A program made the translations under genes and the position numbers. The notes beneath the pieces are model-generated. The model ran no database searches. It worked only from the letters and a program-made list of their open reading frames with translations, and was not told the origin of the DNA. A stretch of DNA of 64,000 nt from positions 10,909 to 74,908 of the forward strand of contig QIAP01000055.1 in NCBI GenBank assembly GCA_003225075.1. Direction: 5' to 3'. Positions 1 to 8,167 of the stretch are shown piece after piece. The first letter of the stretch is position 1; each line of letters opens with the position of its first letter. Source of the DNA: Acidobacteriota bacterium. Its GTDB lineage: Bacteria; Acidobacteriota; Terriglobia; Terriglobales; Acidobacteriaceae.

Positions 1-210
1 GGTGTTTTCGTCGGATGAGAACAGCAGCAGCCGCAAGGCCATCCGATTGAGATTAGCCGGGTGGAATTCGGGTAACAAGTTACGGAGGGCATGCAGACGT
101 CATTGATTTGGGTCAATGTCCGCGCGATGAAACACATTGGTAACTATGGCGGGGATTACCGAGGGGTGTCGTAAAGGAGGAAAGCAATTCGCTATCAGAT
201 GAGTTCAACG

Positions 211-1182
211 TCAGACCAGTTCAACGCAGTTGCGGCCACGTTTCTTGGCGCGATAGAGGGCCGAATCCGCGTACTGCAGTAGTGTCTGCTGGTCGCAATC
301 CGGGTCGAACAGTGCGCCCGTAGCCCCAATGCTGACCGTGACCTTCACCTCTCCCGCGGAAGTGCTAATTGGCTCTTCGGCTATGCCAGCGCGAATACGT
401 TCCGCGTGCTTCCTTAGATTCTCTGTCGAACACGCGGAAACGATGCTTAGGAATTCCTCGCCACCGTATCGTCCAACCCAGTCATAGACGCGAGCTGAGC
501 GAAATAATCTGCCGGCGACTTGCTTGAGCACTTCATCCCCGACGAGATGACCGTGAGTGTCGTTGACGGCCTTGAAATGATCGATGTCAAGCATGAGGAT
601 GCCGAGAGGTTCGCGGGTTCGCCTGGTGCGCTCGAGTTCGCGATGCAGGAAGTCGAGGATGGCTCCGTGGTTCCAGAGTTCGGTGAGGCGATCGTGCATG
701 GCCTCGAAGCGCAGTTCTTCTCTGGCCTTGATCAGCTCCTCCTGCAAGGTGAGGATGCGTTTGCCAACGCGGAGACGAGCTTGTACTTCTCTCATGTCAA
801 ACGGCTTGGTCAGATAATCGTCGGCTCCCGACTCCAGGGCAGTCACCAGGTCCTGTTTGTCATCTTTTGCGGTCAGCAAAACGATGTAGGGATAGCGAAG
901 TTGCTTGCGGCTGCGGATGCGTTGGCAGAGCTCCCGGCCGTTGATCGCGGGCATGAGCCAATCCAGGACCAAAAGTTGGGGGGCATCGTCATTATGCTGA
1001 AGGACGTTCCAAGCCTTGAGTCCATCCTCGGGGGTGGTCACGCGGTAATTCCACTTGCGCAGCCAGCTTTCGAGAAGCCGGCAGAAGAGAGGGTCATCGT
1101 CGGCCACCAGAACCGAATTGATCCGGCGGGCCGCGATCTGCTGCTCGGAGGATTCTTCGGTCACTCCAGGAACGGGGCTCAA
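211..1182 (-). CDS. Response regulator receiver + GGDEF diguanylate cyclase (PleD-like)
   Basis: ORF 211..1254. REC motifs 'VLVADDDPLF', 'LDWLMP', 'TKPFD'. GGDEF domain with 'GGEEF' active site and an RxxD I-site ('RVYD') five residues upstream. The ATG at 1254 would overlap the upstream gene by 76 nt. An in-frame TTG at 1182 (TTGA start/stop overlap) or GTG at 1164 is a more plausible start. Confidence 0.9.
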   Translation of the reverse strand: MSPVPGVTEESSEQQIAARRINSVLVADDDPLFCRLLESWLRKWNYRVTTPEDGLKAWNVLQHNDDAPQLLVLDWLMPAINGRELCQRIRSRKQLRYPYIVLLTAKDDKQDLVTALESGADDYLTKPFDMREVQARLRVGKRILTLQEELIKAREELRFEAMHDRLTELWNHGAILDFLHRELERTRRTREPLGILMLDIDHFKAVNDTHGHLVGDEVLKQVAGRLFRSARVYDWVGRYGGEEFLSIVSACSTENLRKHAERIRAGIAEEPISTSAGEVKVTVSIGATGALFDPDCDQQTLLQYADSALYRAKKRGRNCVELV

Positions 1183-1802
1183 CGATGCAGCTCCATCAGG
1201 ACTTCGGCGGGCGCTGTATGTTTGGAAGAATTCCCGTTTTGGCAGTGAAGACAAATTTGCTGGTAATCGCCGGCCTCGCGATGGGTGCTGAGGTAATCTT
1301 GCACCTCGTGCCAGTACTCCACGTTGTCTCTATGTCCCTTACAGGAAGGGCAGACCGGCAAAAGGTGTTGCAGTACGTGTTCGTTCACGAGAGCATTCTC
1401 GAGCGCGACAAGTTCAGTGCTAAGGGAGGATTGCAGATTCAAGACACGCTCTCCTACTCGCACGCGGGCGCGGAGTTCTTCAGGATCGAAAGGCTTGATG
1501 ACGTAATCGTCCGCTCCCGAGTGCAGACCGGAAACGATGTCAGCCACGGTATTCCTGGAGGTCAGCAGAATAATGTAAGTAGCAGAAGTCTCGGCAGAGC
1601 TGCGTATTTTGCGGCAGAGTTGGGGACCGCTAAAACCGGGCATCACCCCATCGAGAATAGCCAGTTTGGGCGGGTCGGGACGCTGTAACAGGGCCCAAGC
1701 TTCGTCGCCATGCGCGGCTACTTGCAACTCGTAAGCCGGGAGAAGCAACTCTTCCAAGGTACGGCGGAAAAGGGCATCATCCTCAGCAATTAGTATTTTC
1801 AT
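1179..1802 (-). CDS. Response regulator receiver with C-terminal Cys-rich (CxxC...H...CxxC) domain of unknown function
   Basis: N-terminal REC domain ('KILIAEDDALFRR', 'LDGVMPGFSG', 'IKPFD'). The C-terminal ~45 aa read 'CPSCKGHRDNVEYWHEVQDYLSTHREAGDYQQICLHC', with no DNA-binding or enzymatic output recognisable. The start ATG overlaps the stop of the Hpt gene (ATGA). Confidence 0.85.
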   Translation of the reverse strand: MKILIAEDDALFRRTLEELLLPAYELQVAAHGDEAWALLQRPDPPKLAILDGVMPGFSGPQLCRKIRSSAETSATYIILLTSRNTVADIVSGLHSGADDYVIKPFDPEELRARVRVGERVLNLQSSLSTELVALENALVNEHVLQHLLPVCPSCKGHRDNVEYWHEVQDYLSTHREAGDYQQICLHCQNGNSSKHTAPAEVLMELHR

Positions 1803-2188
1803 GGTTCTGCTCCTACATCGTTTCGAATTATTTCGACAAATCCGGAGAGTTGTTCTTTCAGCGAAGCAAGCACGTCGACGGCGGCAGTTAATTGCCGCCG
1901 CCGACCAATTTCTTCAAGTTGGCGCGCAAGGTGCTCGATTTCAGGCACCCCCAAAAATCCCAGCTCGCCCTTGAGACTGTGGGCGGCCTGTTCCAGCAAA
2001 TCTGGCTTCAGCTCGGCCAGTCCGCGATCCATCTGAGCGATTTGCTTGGGGTATTCCTGCAGAAAGATTTGCAGGATCTCAAGCAGCAATTTTTCATCCC
2101 CATCCATGCGCTGCAGAGCATTTGCCCGGCTCCAGGGAATCGAGGGTGCAGCATGCACGGCTTTCGAAGTGTCATCAATAGTCACCAT
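1799..2188 (-). CDS. Hpt (histidine phosphotransfer) domain protein
   Basis: 'AAHSLKGELGFLG' HxxKG phosphotransfer motif, preceded by 'WSRANALQRMDGDEKLLLEILQIF', which is typical of Hpt N-termini. The maximal ORF runs to 2365 (ATGA overlap with the DUF72 stop), but its first 59 aa look non-homologous. Starts at 2188 or 2107 are alternatives. Confidence 0.75.
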   Translation of the reverse strand: MVTIDDTSKAVHAAPSIPWSRANALQRMDGDEKLLLEILQIFLQEYPKQIAQMDRGLAELKPDLLEQAAHSLKGELGFLGVPEIEHLARQLEEIGRRRQLTAAVDVLASLKEQLSGFVEIIRNDVGAEP

Positions 2189-2361
2189 TATGTGATCGGC
2201 ACAAATATGGTTTTTTATTACGACGGTAGGGAGTTGGTTGCGGTGAACCGGAAGCGATTCTGCTCGGAATATCAGCTCCCAGAAGCCAATGCTGAAATGG
2301 GAATCCACTACCTGTAACGAAGGCGCGAGGAATTTACTTGCCGTCCGGATCCTTTTCGAAG

Positions 2362-3093
2362 TCATTGTCCAAGAACCAAGCGCTTGAGCTCGCGCGCATT
2401 CTTGGCGGCGTAACCGGCCTGATCGTTATCGAAGTAGAAATAGATGCTCTTCAGATCTGCGTGCCAGGCTTCAATCTTTTTCGCCCAATTACGCAGGCGA
2501 GGTTTGGTGTAGTCACCTTGATAGGCTTTCTCGCCGGGGCCGTGCAGACGCACATAACTAAAGTCGGCGGTAATTTCGAGTGGAGATTGGAAGCCGGCAA
2601 TTTCGAAAATGCACAACGCAGCATTGTGATGGCGTAGCAGGCGATAGACAGCCGGGGTGTTCCAACTGGGATCGCGGAACTCGAAGGCATAGCGATGTGC
2701 CGCAGGCAAGATGCGAAGCAGTTCGTCGAGGCGCGCTAGATTAACTCCCCAACGAGGGGGTAGCTGAAACAGAATCGGCCCCGTCTTTTTTTTGAGCTTT
2801 TTAACTTGTGGCAGGAAGTTGGCGACGGTGTTTTCGGGATCGCGCAGCCGCTTACGATGAGTTATGTAACGGCTGGCCTTGACGGCGAAGCAGAAGTCCG
2901 CAGGAGTTTCAGCATGCCACTTGGCGAGAGCATCATCGGTGGGGAGTCTATAGAAACTATTGTTGATTTCTACGGTGTCGAAATGCTCAGCATAGCAACG
3001 CAGCATTTCGGCGGGAGCCAAGGTATGGGGATAGAAAGGACCTCGCCAGTGCGCGTAGTGCCAGCCCGAGGTCCCGATGTTCACCGTCTGCAT
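2362..3093 (-). CDS. DUF72 (YecE-like) family protein
   Basis: 'IGTSGWHYAHWRGPFYP' and the overall pattern ('FEFRDPSW', 'YVRLHG') are typical of DUF72. Confidence 0.85.
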   Translation of the reverse strand: MQTVNIGTSGWHYAHWRGPFYPHTLAPAEMLRCYAEHFDTVEINNSFYRLPTDDALAKWHAETPADFCFAVKASRYITHRKRLRDPENTVANFLPQVKKLKKKTGPILFQLPPRWGVNLARLDELLRILPAAHRYAFEFRDPSWNTPAVYRLLRHHNAALCIFEIAGFQSPLEITADFSYVRLHGPGEKAYQGDYTKPRLRNWAKKIEAWHADLKSIYFYFDNDQAGYAAKNARELKRLVLGQ

Positions 3094-3152
3094 ATCGCGA
3101 ATTGCGAGCGTCCCGACTGGTGGTGTGGAAGGCCGGTGTTAAAGAAACCGCC

Positions 3153-4229
3153 TCACGAGCCGGAAGGGCTTTGAGCATTAACAAGTTTTGGCTTCTGAAT
3201 AGGTGGACTGGTAATTTCCTGCGCCGGCGCAGGCCGTTTGCGCAGCGGGAAACTTTCGAGCTTAACCGGACTGCCGGACTCCGCCGAACGATAGAGCGCA
3301 CGGATAATACGCACGTCGGCCAGACCCTCCAACCCTGACGGTTCGGGATCTTTGTCTTTCAATACACAGTTCGAAAAATAGATAAGCTCGGGAGCGAATT
3401 GATCGCGCTTGGGAAATTTCTTTGTCTGTTTCTTTTCATTGACGGTCAATTCGTAGCGCAGCGGTTCGGCAAACTCGTAAGCGGGATCCAGCCGCAACGT
3501 TCCCCTGGTTCCCAGGACTTCGTACGACGAAATACTCGCAGCACCGAAACTGGAAGTAAAGGTAGCCAATTTGTCCTGAGGAAAGCGCATGACTGCAGAA
3601 CAGGCTTCGTCTACTTCACGGAAACGTTTGTCTCCGCTTTTGCCGGTGAAGGCGGAGACTTCCACGGGTTCTTCACGAAAAAGGTAACGGTTGAAGATCC
3701 TGGGCTGACCCAGTTTTCCAGAGTTCACGATGTCCACGGCGCGCAAGTTGGCTTCTTCAAAGTGAAGGCGGTACGCGATCATCAGTTTGACCCTGTTCCT
3801 CTGGGCGGCCTCAATCATGGATTCGCACTCTTGCTCGGTGATGGCCATGGGCTTTTCGCAGAGCACGTGAATGCCGGCACGCGCGGCGCGCTCAGCGTAT
3901 TCGCGGTGCATAACGTTGGGGAGGGCGATGTACACGGCGTCTACCTCTCCGCTCTCCAGGCAGGAGGCGTAATCCTCGTAAGAGTAGGTGTTTGAGACGC
4001 CATACTTCCTGCCGAGTTCCTTAAGCTTTTTGGGATCCGAAGAAACCAGAGCGCGCAATTCGGAGTTTCTGGCGTGCTTGAAGGCAGGCAGCACCGCTAT
4101 TTGCGCGATGTAGCCGAGACCCACGACCGCGTAGCGAACTTTTTTCCCCGAATTCTGAGATCGTTGCTCACGGGATCTGGGGGTGTAAGACTTCAGCCGA
4201 GATATCTGACCTGCTTTGCGGTTGGGCAT
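3153..4229 (-). CDS. Gfo/Idh/MocA family oxidoreductase
   Basis: N-terminal Rossmann 'VRYAVVGLGYIAQIAVLPAF' and 'EKPMA' motif. Length is typical of glucose-fructose oxidoreductase-like enzymes. Confidence 0.85.
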   Translation of the reverse strand: MPNRKAGQISRLKSYTPRSREQRSQNSGKKVRYAVVGLGYIAQIAVLPAFKHARNSELRALVSSDPKKLKELGRKYGVSNTYSYEDYASCLESGEVDAVYIALPNVMHREYAERAARAGIHVLCEKPMAITEQECESMIEAAQRNRVKLMIAYRLHFEEANLRAVDIVNSGKLGQPRIFNRYLFREEPVEVSAFTGKSGDKRFREVDEACSAVMRFPQDKLATFTSSFGAASISSYEVLGTRGTLRLDPAYEFAEPLRYELTVNEKKQTKKFPKRDQFAPELIYFSNCVLKDKDPEPSGLEGLADVRIIRALYRSAESGSPVKLESFPLRKRPAPAQEITSPPIQKPKLVNAQSPSGS

Positions 4230-4489
4230 ATATCAAGAATTCTCTAAAGCCAGTCGGCCCGGATCAATCAGGAGCAGACTGTAGTTGCGCGGTGGAATCT
4301 CTGTAGCGCGGAGACCAAGCGGAGTGCCGGGGACAATTGAACCGCAGCCGGAGGGCGCTGATCTGCGGCCGACAGACGCTACAGGAACTCCGAAGTACAT
4401 GTACAGCGAAGACTCGATTTGCGAAAGGCGAGGGGTAGGGTGCAATGAGCGGGGCTTGGACCCAGGTAATTAGTTGAAGGAGTTAGCCG

Positions 4490-5065
4490 ATGGCAGGAAA
4501 AAACACCGCAGTATTTGGAATCTATGCGCGGCAAGAGGATTTTGAGAAGGGTCTCTACCAGCTCAAGGAAGCCGGATTCCGGCACGAAGATATTTCGGTG
4601 TTAGTGCCGGAGAATCTTGGCACGAAGGAGATCGCCACCGAAAAGGCCACCAAAGCTCCCGAAGGAGTTACCGCGGGTGCGAGCTCGGGAGCGGTGATCG
4701 GAGGGGTGCTGGGGTGGCTGGTCGGGATAGGCACACTAGCCATACCGGGCGTGGGGCCGCTGCTCGCAGCGGGTCCGATTGTTGCCGCCTTAGCCGGAGT
4801 GGGAGTGGGCGGAGCCGTCGGTGGATTTACCGGTGCCCTGATCGGCATGGGGATTCCGGAATACGAAGCGAAGCGCTACGACGGGCGCATTCGCAAAGGC
4901 GGCATTCTGCTGTCGGTCCATTGTGACGATTCCAAATGGACGAAGCGGGCCAAGGAAATTTTGCAACTCACCGGGGCAGAAGATATTTCCTCTACGGGTG
5001 AGGCGGCTGGGGACTTTGCGAAAAGTGACCGGCCACTGCCAGCCACTGGCACGGACGGAGATTAG
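4490..5065 (+). CDS. Membrane protein with YflT/general-stress-like N-terminal domain and glycine-zipper segment
   Basis: N-terminus 'AVFGIYARQEDFEKGLYQLKEAGFRHEDISVLV' resembles YflT-type stress domains. The central segment is Gly/Ala-rich and hydrophobic ('GVLGWLVGIGTLAIPGVGPLLAAGPIVAALAGVGVGGAVGG'). The functional call is tentative. Confidence 0.55.
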   Translation: MAGKNTAVFGIYARQEDFEKGLYQLKEAGFRHEDISVLVPENLGTKEIATEKATKAPEGVTAGASSGAVIGGVLGWLVGIGTLAIPGVGPLLAAGPIVAALAGVGVGGAVGGFTGALIGMGIPEYEAKRYDGRIRKGGILLSVHCDDSKWTKRAKEILQLTGAEDISSTGEAAGDFAKSDRPLPATGTDGD

Positions 5066-5141
5066 TCAGTTGTTCGGTTCAAAAATCATCCGTCGATTCA
5101 CGCAACACAGGACGATCGGCTGGACGGGAGGGAGCTAACCA

Positions 5142-5294
5142 GTGTTCACAATTCTGATTATCATTCTGATCCTTCTGCTGATTGGGGCGCTGCCCACGTG
5201 GCCTTACAGCAGCGCCTGGGGGTACTACCCCAGCGGCGGGCTGGGATTGGTCCTGATTATCGTGATCATCCTGGTGCTGATGGGACGTGTTTGA
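5142..5294 (+). CDS. DUF3309 family small membrane protein (50 aa, GTG start; absent from the ORF track)
   Basis: Manual translation gives 'VFTILIIILILLLIGALPTWPYSSAWGYYPSGGLGLVLIIVIILVLMGRV'. The 'LPTWPYS..WGYYPSGGLG' core is the DUF3309 signature. A GGGAGGGAG Shine-Dalgarno lies 8 nt upstream and a terminator follows. Confidence 0.8.
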   Translation: MFTILIIILILLLIGALPTWPYSSAWGYYPSGGLGLVLIIVIILVLMGRV

Positions 5295-5332
5295 GGCAAG
5301 GTCAGGTTTGGCTAACAAAAGTGAGAGGACCG

Positions 5333-5360
5333 GCTCCCGCCCCGCGGGAGCTTTTCCTTT
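5333..5360 (+). terminator. Rho-independent terminator after the DUF3309 gene
   Basis: GCTCCCGC (5333-5340) pairs with GCGGGAGC (5344-5351) across a short loop, followed by TTTTCCTTT. Confidence 0.7.
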
Positions 5361-5422
5361 GTAGTGTGCACTGCGGCATTCAGAACCCTGGGGGTGCCGG
5401 CGATTGATCCAATCTGCGCTTC

Positions 5423-5460
5423 CATGTTTTGAAAGGACATGTATTTCTAGACATGTATTT
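5423..5460. promoter_or_regulatory. Direct repeats ACATGTATTT x2 (plus a degenerate CATGTTTT copy) just upstream of the HAD gene
   Basis: ACATGTATTT at 5437-5446 and 5451-5460, separated by CTAG. CATGTTTT at 5423-5430. The repeats end 7 nt before the ATG at 5468. Candidate operator or promoter element; function unknown. Confidence 0.3.
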
Positions 5461-5467
5461 ATAACCA

Positions 5468-6151
5468 ATGAAAAACGCGGTGATTTTCGATGTCGACGGG
5501 ACACTCGTAGACTCAGTTGGTTTACACGCCGAAGCCTGGCACGAAGCTTTTCATCACTTTGGATTTGAGATACCGACGGCCGCGATCCGGACCCAAATCG
5601 GAAAAGGCGGCGACAAGCTCATGCCTTTTTTGCTGTCGAAACAGGACTTGGAAGAAAAGGGCGAACAGATCGAAAAATACAGAAGTGAACTGTTCATGCG
5701 TAAATACATGCCCAAAGTTCGGAGCTTTCCTCGGGTGCGAGAGTTATTCGAAAGAATCAGGGCCGATCGAAAGAAGATTGCGCTGGCGTCTTCGTCGGAT
5801 AAGAAGCAGCTCACGATTCTGAAAAAGATCGCACAGGTCGAAGATGTGGTTGATTGCGAAACTTCGGCGGACGACATTGATTCATCCAAGCCCGATCCAG
5901 ATGTTTTTCATGCGGCCTTGAAGTGCTTGCGGCAACCTGAGCCCGACGAAGCCATCGCCGTCGGGGATACGCCGTACGATGCGGAAGGTGCGCGGAAAGC
6001 TGGTATACAAACAATTGGCTTGCTGTCCGGTGGGTTACGTGAAAGTTCTCTCCGTGCGGCAGGGTGTATTGCTATTTATCGCGATCCGGCAGACCTGCTG
6101 GCGAATTATGAAACGTCGCCGCTCGCTTCTCGAGTACCAGCGCTTCGCTAA
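5468..6151 (+). CDS. HAD-superfamily hydrolase (phosphatase)
   Basis: Motif I 'FDVDGTLVDS', motif II 'ALASSS', motif IV 'VGDTPYDAE'. Confidence 0.85.
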   Translation: MKNAVIFDVDGTLVDSVGLHAEAWHEAFHHFGFEIPTAAIRTQIGKGGDKLMPFLLSKQDLEEKGEQIEKYRSELFMRKYMPKVRSFPRVRELFERIRADRKKIALASSSDKKQLTILKKIAQVEDVVDCETSADDIDSSKPDPDVFHAALKCLRQPEPDEAIAVGDTPYDAEGARKAGIQTIGLLSGGLRESSLRAAGCIAIYRDPADLLANYETSPLASRVPALR

Positions 6152-6179
6152 ACACCTATTACTGGGTAGCGCGGGGCAT

Positions 6180-7928
6180 TCAGACCATTTCTCTGACCTT
6201 ATCTGAAATTGCGGTGAGGGCGATCTTCTTGCGATTCGGTTCACCACGAGCCAGCGACTCAGCGAATTTCAGCGCTTGCTCGGCGCTGATTTTTGCCGGC
6301 AGGGGCGGTTCAAACGGATCGACGGTGGCCTCGAGCAGAGCCGGTCCCGGTGCGTTGAGAAATTCTTCGACGACGACGCCACATTGCCGGGGATCCTCGA
6401 CGCTGAAGCCAGCGCCGCCACAGGCGTGAGCAACGGCAGCAAAGTCGATGGGCTGAAGATCTACGCCGTACTCAGGATTGCCGAGGAAGACCATCTGCTC
6501 CCATTTAATTTGTCCCAGCGTGTTGTTCTTGACCACGACGACCTTGATCGGAAGCTGATATTTCACCGCGGTGACGAATTCTGCCATCAGCATGGAGAAG
6601 CCACCGTCGCCAACAAAGGCGATGCATTGACGCTCGGGATAGGCGATTTGCGCGGCGATGGCGTAAGGCAGGCCACAGGCCATAGAAGCCAAGTTGCCGG
6701 AGACACTGTGCATCTGGCCTTTTTTCGCGGGAATGTGACGAGCCCACCAGGTGGTAATGGTGCCGCTATCGCAGGAGACTATGGCATCACTACGCAACCG
6801 CCTGCCTAATTCGTGGGCAATGACCTGCGGTTTCATCGGCATGTCCATATGAGAAGAACGCTTCTCCATGGCTTCGCGCCAGTCTTGCATGCCCGCTTGA
6901 GCCTCCTTCAGGAAAGTCTTGTCTGCCCTGGGAGACAAACGCGGCATGAGTTCACGGAGAACGCGGCGGCTATCGCCGACCAGGCCAACCTCCACGGGAA
7001 ATCGCAGGCCGATGCGTCGGGGATCCAATTCGATCTGCACTCCGCGCGCCTGACCGCGCTTCGGCAAGAACTCAATGTACGGAAAGGAGGTGCCGACCAT
7101 CAGCAGGGTGTCGCAATTTTCCATCACGTCCTGCGAAGGGCGCGTGCCCAGCAGACCGATACCGCCGGTGGTATAAGGACTGTCGTCGGGGACAGCGGCT
7201 TTCCCCAGAAGCGGCTTGACGATTGGGGCACCGAGCATTTCCGCCAATTGCTCTAATTCATCGCCTGCGCCAATGGCGCCGCGACCGGCGAGGATGGCAA
7301 CTCTCTTGCCTTTATTCAGGATCTCAGCCGCTTTATCCAAGTCAGCCGGGTCGGCGAGCATTGCGCCTTCGGCCTCGGCACGCGAGGTGTGGTGCGGAAT
7401 GTTGCGCTTCGAGCGCTGGCGCTTTTTGACTTCCTGCTCCTGTAAATCTACCGGGAAGGTAATGTGGGAAACTGTGCGATAGGCAATCGCGGTGCGACAG
7501 GCAAGATCAACTACATTCTCGACGTGGGTCGGGCCCATAATCCGCTCGTTATAAGTAGCAACGTCTACGAATAGCTTGTCGAGGGCCACATCCTGTTGGG
7601 TGTAGGTCCCGATGAGATCGTGGAATTGAAGGCCGGTGAGGGCCAATACTGGTTGGCTGTCCAGCTTCGCGTCATAAAGACCGTTCAGCAGATGAATTCC
7701 GCCGGGTCCGGAGGTCGCCAGGCACACTCCCAGCCTGCCAGTGAACTTGGCGTAAGCGCAGGCCATGAATGCCGCCGACTCCTCGTGGCGCACCTGCACA
7801 AAGCGAATCCGGTCCTGATGAGTGCGCAGCGCTTCCATGATGCCGTTGATGCCGTCGCCGGGCAGACCGAAAACTACCTCCACACCCCAATCAATCAGCG
7901 TTTCGATGAGAACATCAGAAGCATTCAT
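6180..7928 (-). CDS. Thiamine-pyrophosphate-dependent enzyme, pyruvate oxidase/dehydrogenase (PoxB-like)
   Basis: N-terminal TPP-Pyr domain 'ATSGPGGIHLLNGLYDA'. TPP-binding 'GDGGFSMLMAEF...VVKNN' (GDG-X-NN motif). Length 582 aa. Confidence 0.8.
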   Translation of the reverse strand: MNASDVLIETLIDWGVEVVFGLPGDGINGIMEALRTHQDRIRFVQVRHEESAAFMACAYAKFTGRLGVCLATSGPGGIHLLNGLYDAKLDSQPVLALTGLQFHDLIGTYTQQDVALDKLFVDVATYNERIMGPTHVENVVDLACRTAIAYRTVSHITFPVDLQEQEVKKRQRSKRNIPHHTSRAEAEGAMLADPADLDKAAEILNKGKRVAILAGRGAIGAGDELEQLAEMLGAPIVKPLLGKAAVPDDSPYTTGGIGLLGTRPSQDVMENCDTLLMVGTSFPYIEFLPKRGQARGVQIELDPRRIGLRFPVEVGLVGDSRRVLRELMPRLSPRADKTFLKEAQAGMQDWREAMEKRSSHMDMPMKPQVIAHELGRRLRSDAIVSCDSGTITTWWARHIPAKKGQMHSVSGNLASMACGLPYAIAAQIAYPERQCIAFVGDGGFSMLMAEFVTAVKYQLPIKVVVVKNNTLGQIKWEQMVFLGNPEYGVDLQPIDFAAVAHACGGAGFSVEDPRQCGVVVEEFLNAPGPALLEATVDPFEPPLPAKISAEQALKFAESLARGEPNRKKIALTAISDKVREMV

Positions 7929-8167
7929 GATTCACTCCCGGCATCGGTATCAGCAGTGGTCGGACAGGTACTCACACTGCGACACAACTCTACTCAGAAG
8001 ACTGTCCAGAGAAAGTGGCAATCTAGGCAATCTATAAGACGATTAATAGACCTGCCAGGGAGGAAGTAGAATCGGGGACGGACTGTAGGGCGGTCTGGGA
8101 AGTTCTGTATCAGATCAGCGAAGGCGGATAGGGACGGTGGTCCGAGTGGCGGCTTGGTGCCAACACC

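Noticed and set aside
1-210. Window edge upstream of the first gene
   Set aside because: It has no ORF of useful length, and I could recognise no RNA or repeat feature. It is possibly the tail of a gene outside the window.
520-1248. 242-aa ORF antisense to the REC-GGDEF gene
   Set aside because: It overlaps a gene with clear domain motifs, and its translation is Arg/Gly/Ala-rich with no motifs. This is a typical shadow ORF of GC-rich coding DNA.
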